Shown: positions 45,551-57,810 of the stretch, in pieces
How positions within the stretch are numbered: position 1 is the first letter of the stretch
Layout of the letters: each line of letters starts with the position of its first letter
Assembly: GCA_013239625.1 (NCBI GenBank)
Contig: MU054413.1
Location: 4,482,861-4,546,860 of the forward strand
Direction: 5' to 3'
Length of the DNA stretch: 64,000 nt
DNA from: Lama guanicoe
Taxonomy: Eukaryota
The notes under the pieces: model-generated
What the model saw: the letters and a program-made list of their open reading frames with translations, nothing else
What the model was told of the DNA's origin: nothing
Databases searched by the model: none
Made by a program: the position numbers and the translations under genes

Positions 45551-48259
45551 TCAGTCCCCCCTTACGGGGCCTGGAAGCTATTTCCAAATCTGCCCTCTCT
45601 CATTCTTCTGTGGCACCGCCCCTCTCCCCACTGTTCACTCCGACACCCCAGGGACCATCGCAGCTACCCCTCCCCCCAAGCCCTTAGCTTGGGAACGCTG
45701 TGTCCACAAACCCTCGTCATGTGGGCTCCTCCCCACTGTTCTTTTTCTCCAGGAGCAGAGTGAGGCCACTGGCTCCCAGGCCTCAGCCCTCAGGGAGCTG
45801 GGGGAGGGGAGGGAGCCAGGGGCCACTGGCCCAGGACAATCTATCCCATTTGCTCACACAGGGTCACTCAGAAGCGGGACGGCTCCCTCTACTCCAGATT
45901 TGAGCATCTGGAGGTCCAACACCTGCTTCCATGTGACCTGGGTCTGTCTCTTTTCTGTTAGAGCCTCAGTTTTCTCCTCTACAAAATGGGTATGTTGATA
46001 AGAGCCCCAGTGGCCTCTCCCACAGCACTGACCTGATGGAAGGTGAGTGATAAACAGCTTTTGTCCTTTAAACAGAGCTGACTGCGAGTCGGTTCCCAGG
46101 GGCCTGGTGATGAAATCCAGAGCCCTTTCCTGAGCAGGACCTGACCTGGAGTGCCGAGGCAGCCAAGCAGGGGGAAGGAAGCCAAGTCCCTCCCCCACAT
46201 CCCAGCTCTGCTGAGCTCAGACATGGGGGTGGGGGCTGGTGTCCAGGAGGAAGTCTGTCCCTGGCCTTGATGAGGCGCCCAGCCGGGCGGCCTGGCATTT
46301 CAAGGGCAAGGGCCTGCCTGCCCACTGTCTCTAGGGGAGCCAGCAAGTGTTAACAAATCCCCTGCAATTTGCACCCACCAATCCCGCCTGCTCGCTGAGA
46401 GGCTGCGAGTCGTTTTTCACGCAGAGCTGCGCACAGCTTTGTCTTAGAGAGACAGATCTGGCAGAGTGTCCCTGAATGAGGCCATTTGTCCTCCCCAGTG
46501 ACGGTGACAGGAAGGCGGCTGCATGCTTTGGGGTGGGCAGAGGGGGGCGGACAGAGGCCATGGGGGAGGCGTGAAGGTGGAGATAGGAGCTGGGCCTCCG
46601 AGCGAGGCCAGGAATGTGCCCACCACTGTGGGAATCTGAGAGCCCCCCACTCAGCCAGGTGGAAGCACGGAGGACTGTTTTCAGAGACAGAGGAAAATGG
46701 TTTATGACCTGCCTTCTCCTGCTTAAGGAGTCCTGAGTAGAAGAGATGAAATGACTTGGCTGGCCTCTGAGGCCTGGGTCCCATCCCAACCCGCCAATGG
46801 AGGTGGGACACTTGCAATAAGGCCCCCTGTGTGTGGGTGGTCTGTCTCTGAGCCCCAGGGCTGCTACACAAGTTGCTGCAGAAGCCCCCTGGGACTGAGG
46901 GCTTCCAAGAAGGACCGAGCTTCTCCCGAGCCCCTCCTGAGTGGAACACAGGCCACAGACCCAGAGGGGCAGGGCAGGGGCCCCATCACATTCCAGATTC
47001 TTCACCTCCAGGCTGGCTGGGGCCTGGGGCATGTCTCAGCCCCATCCCGTGGTCTGCTGTCGGCTCCTAGGGGCGGGGGGTGGGGTGGGGTGCTGTCAGC
47101 ACATTGGAGAAACCTGATCAGGCAGATGTTTGTCAACACAAAGCAGGTGATCCGCTTTGCTTGGGTTTCCACGCCTAGGCCGGGGCTCAGGCGGCTGTGT
47201 TGGGACGTGAGGATGTGCACAGAACAGGGTAAGAAGCACACAAGCCCAGAGGGTCCAGCGGGTTTCCAAATGCAGGACATGCTTGGAGTGTAAGATAATG
47301 GGAGAAGCACAGCACTTATCGGAGGGATCAGCCACCACCACAGTGGGTTGTCGGCCCAAGGTTCCCATTCAAAGGATGTCAGGCATTTAACTGGACGGTG
47401 CACTCTCCAAAAAAGCAAATGCTGGCAACTAACAGGCATTTTTAAAAACCACCGAACAGTCAGACCTCAGCTGTCTGCAGGCCACATCCAGCCCACAGGT
47501 GGGTGATTGACAATCACTCTCCACTCACCCCTAAGCAGGCTGGTTTCCTCTTCCTTGAAGGTTTCAGGGGCTGCCTTTTCCAGCCCTGATTTCTCTGGTC
47601 CCTTCTCCAAACGCCTGCTGGCTGCCTCTCCCAGGATGCCTCTGGGACGCCCTGGCACCTCCCAGACCTGCTGCTCTCTCCACATTTTCCACTCTGCCAA
47701 CAGCTCCATGCCTCTCATCTTAGATGTGAGCTCCGAGTCATCACTCAGGGAAGCAGGAGGGGCGTGAGGATGGGCAGCGAGCACCCCAGGCTCTTGTCTG
47801 GGCTCTGCCCTGCCCTGCTATGCCCTGAGGCAGGTCCCCTCTCTCTGGGCCTGGGCTCCCCATCCCTTGGGCTCTGAGATTTCCTATTCTGTTATTTTAA
47901 CACACCGCTAGGCTGCTCACAGGGGTCAGCTAAGGGGACAGAGTCATTCAGGTGTGGGCAGTCGTGAGGCACACAGAGGGCTCTTGGAGACCTCGGACAC
48001 GGTGACTGCCTGGTGCTTGGTGCCCACGTAGCCTGCAGGCGTGGGCCCGCTCCGTGCCAGGGAGGCTGACATTTAGGCGCTGACTGCCAAGTTGCCAAGA
48101 ACTGGCACACTGCGGTCGGTGTTGGGGGTGGGGGAGGGCAGCATAGACCTGCCATGGTCTTGGAGGAGGGGGACGAAGGGAGGCACAAGGCAGGTGACCT
48201 TCTGGACCGAGGCAGAGGAGGAAGCCTCTGGCCTCCAAGGACCTTCCCCATGAGGAGGA

Positions 48260-48800
48260 TGCCAGTGTGTGCGCGTGTGCGCGTGCTCCCGTGTGCGAGC
48301 ACAGGCTAAAGGCTGCACCAGAACAAAGAGCGGGGGGCTGGGTATCTGAGGGGCCCACGTGGAGACGCCTGACTTGGCGGTTTGCTGCAGTGTCTGCTCT
48401 GCGCTCACGCTCCGTCTCTGTCTCTCTCTCTCTCTCTCACACACACACACCGCACAGCACTGCCCCCAGGCCTGAGCTCCTGCTCCAGAGCCCACCAATG
48501 CTGGCGCGCACAGCCCAGCCCGGCTCCCTGCCATCTCTCCTGACAAAGCACGGCTCCTCGCTGCATGAGCTCATCCCAACGGCCCTCGTCTGGCCCCAGC
48601 TTGGCCTCCTGACAAGAGAGACAGACAGGGAGATGGAGCGGGAGGAGGGGTGGGGGAGGCAGAGCGGGAGACGCGCACACACGTACACAGGCCTGTTCCT
48701 CACCCCAGACACATGCACACCATGACACAGGGAGAAAGGCTGAGGGGCGGCAGGGAAGGGAAGGACAGGCAGAGACAGCGCACGCACGGCATCAGAGACC
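48260..48800. promoter_or_regulatory. Promoter-like CpG-enriched islet with compound microsatellite
   Basis: CpG retention, gtgtgcgcgtgtgcgcgtg, AACAAAG 48322, CACGTG 48356, CCAAT 48495. No interspersed-repeat similarity. Confidence 0.5.
48421..48450 (+). repeat. Compound (TC)9(AC)6 microsatellite
   Basis: Direct read. Confidence 0.95.
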
Positions 48801-50044
48801 CTCAGAGAGAAAGGGGAGGGTGAAAATCGCACACGTCAGTGAGACAGAACCAGAGCCCAGACGGAGATGGGAAGACAGGAGGGTGGGGGGACAGCAGGGC
48901 GGGCTGCAGGAGCTCTTTGGACAGAGCACGTTCTAGAACTGCACAGGCCTGACTCGGAGAGGCCCAGGTGGGCCCAGCTGTGGCCAGTGTGGCCACCACC
49001 CCCCCACACCACACACACACCTGAAGCCAAAGGGACCCTCACAGCTGCATGCAGAGGTGGGGTTAGGAGGTCATGCACTCACCCACAGAGCCTCAGAGAA
49101 AGAGTGGTGGGAAATAGCCTTGCTGGGGCAGGAAGGGCCTCAGAGAGGTCAGGAACCATGATGGGGACAAGACAAGCAGAGAAGGAAGGCTGGAGACTAA
49201 CACTGAGTCGGTATGCACTGTGCACCGGGTGTTAGCCGGCCCCTCACTTCCACAGCTGGGGAGTCTCGTTTGACCCTCGTGGGCAGCCTGCGGGTCAGGA
49301 ATATAGGCCCTCTTTACAGAGGAGGCCACAGCTCTGGGAGGTGGGCGACGTGGCAAAGACGCGGCCAGTGCTGGAGCCTCCTCTGGAATTTGGGGTCCCT
49401 GCTCTGTCCTCCATGGCCTCCACCCCTCTCATGGTCCAGCCTGCCCCCTCCCATAGGCCTTTTAATCCCACCAGTGAAACCAGTAGCTGAAGCAGTCCCC
49501 CTCAGACTGGCACGCTGCCTTCCTAGAAGACAGGCCAAGCAGGGGGATGGCTGGGACCCTGAGAACCCTGAGGCCCGTGCTTCTTGAGGGGGAGCGGGCA
49601 GCCTGTGGAAGGTGATTGGTCATGGCTGTTGGTGCTGACCAGGGTTTGGCTCCTGACACGTGAATTCAAGTGACAGCTAAGCCACAGGCACTGCTGGGCC
49701 TCAGTGTTTTCAGCTGCAGAACAGGTTACTGAGAACTCACTTTAGGGGCCTAGGGCCTAACATATGACTAGATAGACACATGTATGGGAAAAGGCTTTAT
49801 AAACTGTAAAGAGCTGTGCACAGCTTGGGTACAGATGGGGAAGGACTAAATCCCTTGTCTCAGGAGAAGAAGTGATGCTGGAAATACTGAGAGGACGGCC
49901 ATGCTAGAGAGACTCGAGCAAAGTGAAGGGCTCTCCCAAATAGAGTAGCTTCTCAGATCCTGGTCCAGGAGGACAGGAGCCTCCTAGGTCTAGGTCCCCA
50001 GCCAGCCCCAGAGTCAGCTGTGATGCAGTGGGCAGAGCCTGAGG

Positions 50045-50190
50045 CCTGGAGTCAGGAGGCCATGACTTCAAGTCCCAGCTCTATCACTGACAAGCTGTGT
50101 GACAGCAGGCAAGTCACAAGACCTCTCTGAGCTTCAATGTCTTCATCCATAAACGCAGATAATATCCTGTGCCTCGCAGAGCTGGGCACT
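50045..50190 (+). mobile_element. MIR
   Basis: tggagtcagga...ttcaagtcccagctctatcactgacaagctgtgtgacagcaggcaagtcacaagacctctctgagcttcaatgtcttcatc. Confidence 0.85.
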
Positions 50191-50399
50191 GTACAAAATA
50201 TGGGAGAACACCCAGCATGTACCAGCAGGGGTGTGAGAGACACAGGTACCTGGGGAGCAGCCAGGGTTTCTAGGACAGTTCATTCTCCTGTTTTCCTCCC
50301 ATCCCTCTGGCCACACTCTCCCTGCCTCGGTTTCACCTCTTACATATCCCTTGGAGTCATCCATTTCTCTCCACTCCACTCCACAGGAAGTGGAAACTT

Positions 50400-51180
50400 C
50401 CTGGTCTGGCCACCATCATCCTCATCCTGACATCCCAGCAACTCGCCAGCTGGCTCCTTCCATCCACACTGGCCTCCTCTGTGCAATCGGGTCTTCAATA
50501 GCTGGAGCGATCTTTTCAAAATGAGAATTTAGCCATGTTCCTGTTAACTCTTAGGACAAAGACCACAACCCTCCAGACAGGCCCTGTATGTCCAACTGCT
50601 GCTGACTTCTGCCTCTGGGCTCTAGAACCACTGTCCTTTTTTTAGTTCTGCCAAAAGCCAAGCTTGCTTCTACCTCAGGGCCTTTGCACAGGCAATTCTT
50701 TTTACCTGGGCAGCTTTTCTTCCTTTTCTTCACCTGCTCGAATTTTACTTGACCTTTGGGTCTTGGGGAAGCCTGTCCCCATTCCTGAGTGGTCTCACAG
50801 CATCCCTGACACACACACACACACACACACACACGCCCACACACATAACAGGTATGATTATTTGATTAATGATTTTCTCTCCCATTAGACCAGGTGTTAG
50901 GAAACGANNNNNNNNNNNNNNNNNNNNNNNNNNNNNNNNNNNNNNNNNNNNNNNNNNNNNNNNNNNNNNNNNNNNNNNNNNNNNNNNNNNNNNNNNNNNN
51001 NNNNNNNNNNNNNNNNNNNNNNNNNNNNNNNNNNNNNNNNNNNNNNNNNNNNNNNNNNGGACCGTTTTTCCAAGGTGAGACCATGTCTGTTTCACTCCTC
51101 AGCGCTACCCAGCCCCAGCCAGATGCCTGCACAGAGCAGACACTCAACGGAGACATGGACGTATATGCTTCTTGGATAAG
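50400..51180 (+). mobile_element. L2 3' region containing (AC)13 and an N gap (50908-51058)
   Basis: gatcttttcaaa...cctcagggcctttgcaca...gggaagcct...cccattagac...gaccatgtctgttt...cagatgcctgcacagagcagacactcaa. Confidence 0.7.
50809..50834 (+). repeat. (AC)13 microsatellite
   Basis: Direct read. Confidence 0.95.
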
Positions 51181-52054
51181 TAGCAATTTTTACCTTCTCA
51201 AAATTGTATTGACTGAAGTTATTAAAACTGCAGATTCTATCAGGAATAGACGTCACTTATGAGATTTCAAGACCATTTTCTGACAAGCAGTTCAATACAA
51301 TAGTGCTACCCCAACAAAGGCCGGCGCATCAGGGAGCTCAGAGCAGCTATTGGCTAACGAGATCTTCATCCCCTTTTATGAGTGACACGCAATCCATGTG
51401 CATGGACCACTGTAAACACACATAGAGTGGAGCGCAACCCCACATTTAAGAGACCGTGGGCTGCGCAGACTGATGAAAACCCATCGTGAGATGTCCTTCA
51501 GCATTTGCATTAAGGCTGTTTCTATATATACTCCAAAGAACTGATGAACGGATTCAGAGAAAACGTCTGCTTTATTTATACAGAGGAAATAACTGACTGC
51601 TTTTTCTTTTTCAATGAATTGTTCTGACTCGATAAAGCATGTTAACAACATCTAGACACCATGCTTAGCACTGACCCCGGCAAGGGAGGTCTCCTTGTCA
51701 CTCCTGTCTTCCCGAGGAGATAAACTGAGGCTCAGAGACCACACACTTAGCAAGTGACAGGGCTGGGTTGTCCAGCCTGTTGGAGTTAAAGCTTACATGA
51801 CACCCCCCACTTAAGCAAGGTAATGAGGATGGAGGGACAGGTAAAGCTGTACCTTTAGTGCGTTTAAAGCCTTTGCAGACAGAATGCTGCCTGGCACCTT
51901 CTGTGGCCTCTGTTTTCTATGAGATCAGGGGGTCCCAGGCAGTGACAGAGTTGCGATGGAGAATACTACACAGAGCAAGTTTTAGCACTCTGAATGTACT
52001 GGTTCATTTTAATTTTAATTTATGTTTTATTTTAAGTAAAAGCTCTTGAATAAA

Positions 52055-52245
52055 TACAGTGGAGCGTCAAGGTTAAGAATGCTGACTCTGGAGTACAGGC
52101 CTGGGCTTAAATCCCAGCTCTGCCACTTTTCAGCTGTGTGACCTGGGGAAACTCTTCAGCTTCGCTGAGCCTCAGTTTCCTGGGCTGTAAAATGGGGACG
52201 ATCAAAGCACTTACACCAAGGGGTCACCGTGGTGCTGAGACGAGA
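52055..52245 (+). mobile_element. MIR
   Basis: ggttaagaatgctgactctggag...aaatcccagctctgccactt...gctgtgtgacctgggg...tgagcctcagtttcctgggctgtaaaatgggga. Confidence 0.9.
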
Positions 52246-52490
52246 GGACGCATGTCTCCCTTTAGCCTGCTGTTGGGGTGTGGTGTGCCTTGGGCCCTTC
52301 GCTGGCCCTGAGATGAGGAACAAACCCCACTCATGGGCCCTGGAGCCCAGCAGGTGAGCTGCTGCTCCTTGCAGGCTCACACCACACCTGGACAAACAGA
52401 GGTGCCAGCCGACAGGGGTGGCAACAGTCCTGGGGTCGAGTCCCGTGCCCCACCCACCTCCCAGTGACACTGTGGAGCCCCCAGCCGTCA

Positions 52491-52601
<111 letters not shown>

Positions 52602-55600
52602 CTACCAGCAAGATGGGGAGGAAGGGCAGGGGTGAGTAACTGTTCACGCCAGGCTTTTGGTCCCAGAGTGGTGGATGTGTCTGGTTCACAGGTGAGGCGG
52701 GCAGGCTAAGGCAGGTCCCCAACATCAGGCAGAGCTGGGACTCAAACTGTATCTTTCCGTCACTCTGCTAACATTGGTGAGCACCTCTTCCATGCCAGGC
52801 CCTGGGATCCTGGCCCCTGCCTTCGGGGGTTTCCAGTCCGGAGGTGGGCCTGACCTCAAAGCCCAGGCCCTGTCGCTATCAAGGGCTCAAATTAGGCCAC
52901 ATTCTAGAATTTGGCTGGGGGTGCTGTACCACCGAGTTTTGCACGGCCTCAGGCCAGGGTCTTTGTTCCCCTGGTGCAGCTCTTCAAACTCCCTACCAAG
53001 CCCCCAGCCCCCAGATAGTCTCTCACTCCTATCACCTCTCCCCCACCCCTCACTGAGCGCCAGCACCCACCATCCAGGGGAGCTCGCTACCCTCACTACT
53101 CCAAGCATGGTCCCCACCCAAAGAAATCAACCCCTCCTGAATCAGGACCTGGGGAGAAGCACTGATTTAGGACACACTGCTTCCCTGGAGCTCCAGCTGG
53201 GAGCCGCCCAACGGACTGCTAAGAATTCCCCAGATGGACACGCCTAGGCCCCCAGGCGCCCTGCAGCCTCTCAGATCCAACACTGCAGGGCTGTCTCCAG
53301 AGCGAAGCGCTGGCTCAGCTCACGGGAGGTGCCCCTAAGAGCACCAGTGGAAGTCTGCCAACATCTGTGCATTTGGACAGGAGGTCCCACCTATCTCCTT
53401 GTAAACCTCAGAAGCATGGGCGGGAATGGGGAGAGGCGACAGGCGGGGAGGGCTGTCAGTCTCTGGGGGACAGTGAGGGACAGGGTGCTCTGGGGGCCCC
53501 ACAGCCGGTTCCGCAGGCTCACACCCGCCCGGCGCCGCCCCGTCCCCGCCCATTCCCAGGTGTCCCACCACTGCCAGATCTGTTCCCTCCTGCCCGCCTT
53601 CCTCATTAACAGCTGCCAAATTAGGTTTCCTTATTAAGAAGGAAGGACCTTGGAAAATGGAGTCGTTTCAGGAAGCAGCTGGGGCGGCCATGGCTGATGG
53701 GGAAAGGAGGGCTCCCAGACGCGGCGCTCAGCCTTGGGAGAAAGGGAAGGCTCCGTCGTCCAGTCCCCAGTCACCACCTGCTCCAGAGGCTCTCAGAGGT
53801 CCTCAGAGAGCCTGGGCTGCCCTGGGGGTTGGCCCAGCCCCTGCAGCCATTAGGATAGTTCCCCAATATCTGTCTTATATTTTAAGGGTTCATTACAGGG
53901 CGCTAGAGCTACAAAGTGTGGGAAAACCCCTAACCGAGGCCAACTCTCTCATTTAAAAAAATACGGACACTTGAGGCCCAGAGAGAGTGCCCCTGGTGAG
54001 TCAGGAAGGAGCCAGGGGAGCCCCCCTTCCCAGGACCACCGGAGCCTCTTGGAACAGGGCCCTGCCTCCCCGCTCCCATCTCCTGGGACTCCCTGTGCAG
54101 GGAGGAGAAAGGATTTCTCAGGTTAGAATGTTTGCTCATCTTCTCCACTGCAAACAGAAGGCCCTTTCCCCTCAGGCCTCTTTCCCACAGGCTCTATTTG
54201 CCCCTGGACTGTGGTTCTTAGGCAGCGTCCCGCTCCCGCCACACATAGACAGACTCCCCAGGGCAAGGGCCTTGTCACCGATAGTCTCACTGTCCGAGCA
54301 GGAAAACCAAGGCCCCCGATTCCTCATGGCCTGTTGCGTATTTCAGTTCTGCAGACACAGACACTGGAGAGTGGGGAGGAGGGTTCTGGAAGGGTCACTT
54401 CCGCTCTGATGTTGACTGCGGTGCCCTCACTGGGAGGTGAGCCCCGGGGTGGATGCGAGTGAGCACAGGCAGTTTGTTTGGACTGGTGCATCAGTGAGGC
54501 TGCAGTTTGTGGGACACGTTGACACAGCAGTGTAATGACAATGCTAGCTCCCAGCTATGAGGGCTAAGCAAATGCTTCGTAAGCAGTGAGGCACCAAATT
54601 CTCACAACGGTTCGACAAGGTGGTACTGTTTGCTATCTGTACAGATGAGAAGACTGCAGGTGAGAGAGCCCGGATGCGATTCCAGGCAGCCAAGCTGCAA
54701 AGTCGGGGCTCTTTCCATGAGAGGACTTCTATTCCAGCCCACAGAGGGTTAAGGCCATAATTCCCAACCTGCACGGAGAACCCTCAGGCTCTGGGTTGAG
54801 GGCAGAAAGGCAGAGGTCCTTCTGTTTGGCCAATACTGGCTAATCCTGTTGCTCTGGTTTAAAAACAAACAAACAACAGCAAAAAAACCCAACCTAGCTA
54901 AACTGAGCAAGAGAGGCCTGGAATTGGTTATAAGGGCTGTCCTGCAAGCTTGGGAGTATCTCTTTGTTACCGAGTCCCCTGAGCCCAGTGTTCAGAAGGG
55001 TCATTGGCTCCAACAGTCTCCTTTTACCAAGACACAGAGAGGGCAGGGCCTAGCTGAGGGTCACACAGCGCAGGTGTGGCAGAGCAGGCTAAGCTGGATC
55101 CTGCCACTCTAGAGTGCCTTGTGCACCGTATTGCTTCCCCTGGTCCAGCCTGAGGACCCCCAGAAAAGCTCTGTGAGGTGGGTCTGACTGACAGTGGTGG
55201 GGAGGGTGGGATTAGCTGAGCAGCCTCCTGTCGTGTTTCAGGAGGCCTGCTCCCAGCCCAGTGTGTGTGAAGACCCCCTCAGTGAAGACCCCTCCCCAAC
55301 AAAGGCTTGTGGCACGTGGCCGCGGCACTGCTGCCCTCTGCTGGCTGCTCGGGCCCAGCCAGCTCAGCCCAGCCCACGAGGTGCTCCTGAAGCTGACCTG
55401 TGGGGCCTGGCTGTTTGAGACTTAGATCCCAGGGTCCGGGGGAATCTACAGGTCGGGGAGTCCAGCCCCTCAGGCCACAGAGAGGGAAACTGAAGCTCAG
55501 AGGCGAGAGAGGGGGCATGTTCAAGGTCATGTGGCACTTATATTAGTCCCATAAAGGGAGTGTGTTGCTTTGAAAAGCAGTGAGCCTCCAGGCCATGAAG

Positions 55601-55689
55601 CACGACAGGCTGTCTGGGAGATGCTAAAGAAGGGGTTCCTGCTTCCGGCTAGTGGCTGGACTCTGACATCCTATGAGGCAGTCAGGGGA

Positions 55690-56150
55690 ACTGGATGTAT
55701 GCCGGGTCTGTGCTCCAATCCTACTCCAATCTATACTGTGCAACCTAAGGCAAGTTACTTAATCTCTCTGAGCCTCAGGTTCCTCTTCTGTAAAGGTGCA
55801 AGAACGTCCCTTCCAAGGTGTGTGATGGGCTCTCTCAGTTCTATGTGTCCCAGTTCTGTCTCATGGCTATTTCCTGAGCCCCTCAGGGCAGAGCCCTCCT
55901 TTTCCCACTTTGCTACCATTCTCAATGCTGGGGTGGACAGGTGTTTGTGGCGGTTGCTGCTGCTGCTGCTTTGGAGTCAGGCATGAGATGGGGCTCTGGC
56001 TCTGCCACTTACTAGTTGTTCTATTTCACCCAGGTGATTTAACCTCTCTGGGCCTCAGTTTCCTCATCTGTGAAGTGGGTACAAAAGCTCCTACTTGCAA
56101 GGATGACAGCCAGGACCAGGCACACAGCTCAATGAATGCTGTTTGTGAAC
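55690..56150 (+). mobile_element. Two tandem MIR copies (~55690-55830 and ~55970-56150)
   Basis: ggcaagttacttaatctctctgagcctcaggttcctcttctgtaaa, and ggctctgccacttactagttg...aacctctctgggcctcagtttcctcatctgtgaagtggg. Confidence 0.85.
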
Positions 56151-56762
56151 ATACCCCCACAGCTTCAGCAGTGAAAGCTCGGAGGCTGTGGGCAAGTCCT
56201 CACAGGAGAGGTGGGGTGGGCATTACTGCTGCGCTGACTGGTTTCTGTTTCCCTTTCCCACCTCCTCTTATACCCGCCTCCCCTCTCCTGTGCTCTGGCC
56301 ACCTGAGCCGTCTTTCTGTTACTCGAGCAGATCAAGCATGCTCCATCTCACTGGGGAGAAGAAGGAGCAAGTCCAGAGAGGCCTGATTGAGAGGGGGACA
56401 CCCAGAGAAGGGGTTCAGCCCTGCTGCTAAGGGAGGGGCTGAGGAAGAACCTGGTCCTGAAGTGGAAGTGGTGCCTGGCAGGTGCTCCTCCGGAGGGGCC
56501 ACGGGTCTCCTGCACTACTGCATCCTGGGGTCAGAGGGCATGAAAGGGAGGGTAAGGCAGGGGACTGCCCTCGGTCCAAGGCTCTTCACCCCAGGGCCTA
56601 GCCCTCAAATGGCAAAAATATGTCCATTTACTGCCCGAGGCTAAGTGGGTTTTAATTTATACCTTCCAAGTAAGCCAGATCCAGAGGAATTTGTTTCCAG
56701 AAGTCCCCCAGGGGATGAAGGCAACCTGGAGGGCTCAGGCTGCCCTCTGGATGGGGAGGGGG

Positions 56763-56794
56763 GTGTGTAAGTGTGTGTGTGTATGTGTGTGTGT
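56763..56794 (+). repeat. Imperfect (GT)n microsatellite
   Basis: Direct read. Confidence 0.85.
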
Positions 56795-57289
56795 AGGTAC
56801 TCGGCAGCCTCGTCCTGCCTAGGCCCCTTGGGCTCTTTCACCTGTCCCACCCCATCCCTCCCCCTGGGGCATGGCTGGGGCTGAGGATGCACAGGGTGAT
56901 GGGAGGACTGGCACAGAGCCCGAGGCCTTCCCTGCCCGCCTTGCAGGGTCTTAATAAGATGCAAGGAGACAGTGCCCGGAAAATGCCATGGGCACCAAGG
57001 GTGTCTTCTATGAACCTCCAACACCGCCCCACCCCGCCACCTACATCTTGCTGCTGGTTCTGCTGTACTGTAAGTGACAGTCAGACTCGGGTCTCAGCAG
57101 CTGTGGTGGGTGGGCGAGGGGCCCCTTTCTGGCTGAGGAGCAGGCTGGGGGTGGGGGTGGGGGACAGAGCTGGCCAGTCACCCAAGTGTATGCCTATTAA
57201 GCTAGGGTGCAGAGCTGGCACTGAGCCTCCATGTGCTCCCTCCTCCAGGAAGACCTCCACAATCCCTCCAGCCTACCTTCCAAGGATGC

Positions 57290-57810
57290 TCTGCCCCAGA
57301 GCTTGAGTCTTCACAGAAATCACATCCCATCACTCACCTGCTTAAGACCCTCCATGCGCTCCCCACTGCCTGTCATATAACACCCAAACTTCTCAGTTTG
57401 CGGGCTCTGTGTTAGTTGGTTTCTGCTTCCCTCTTCGACCTCATCTTGTACCGCTCTCCCTCTCATGTGCTCCAGCCACCTGAGACCTCTGTCTGTTCCT
57501 TGAACACATCAAACCTCAGGGCCTTTGCAAATTCCCTCTGCCTGGAATACCCTTTCCTTTCATCTTCCCCTAGGTGATTCCTTTTTGCTATTCAGGTCTC
57601 AGCTGGAGGTGACCTCCTTGGGAGACTTTTCCTGACCACCACCTTGCCCGCTCTCACGGGGTGCTGTGTTTAGTGTCAGCCTCCCCCACTGGAAGGTAAG
57701 CTGCTTGAGAGAAGCCCACTGTGCTCACTGGACTCCCCTCGGAGCACAGCGCAGGGGCCCAGCCCACAGCAGAAACTTGATGAATGTTTGTTGAATGAAT
57801 AGATGAATGG
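57290..57810 (+). mobile_element. L2 3' region
   Basis: catcactcacctgcttaagaccctcca...tgctccagccac...cctcagggcctttgca...ccctctgcctggaatac...tgaatgtttgttgaatgaatagatgaatg. Confidence 0.88.

Noticed and set aside
50890-51060. Possible MER58-like hAT insertion beginning caggtgttaggaaac
   Set aside because: Almost entirely inside an N gap; cannot be supported.
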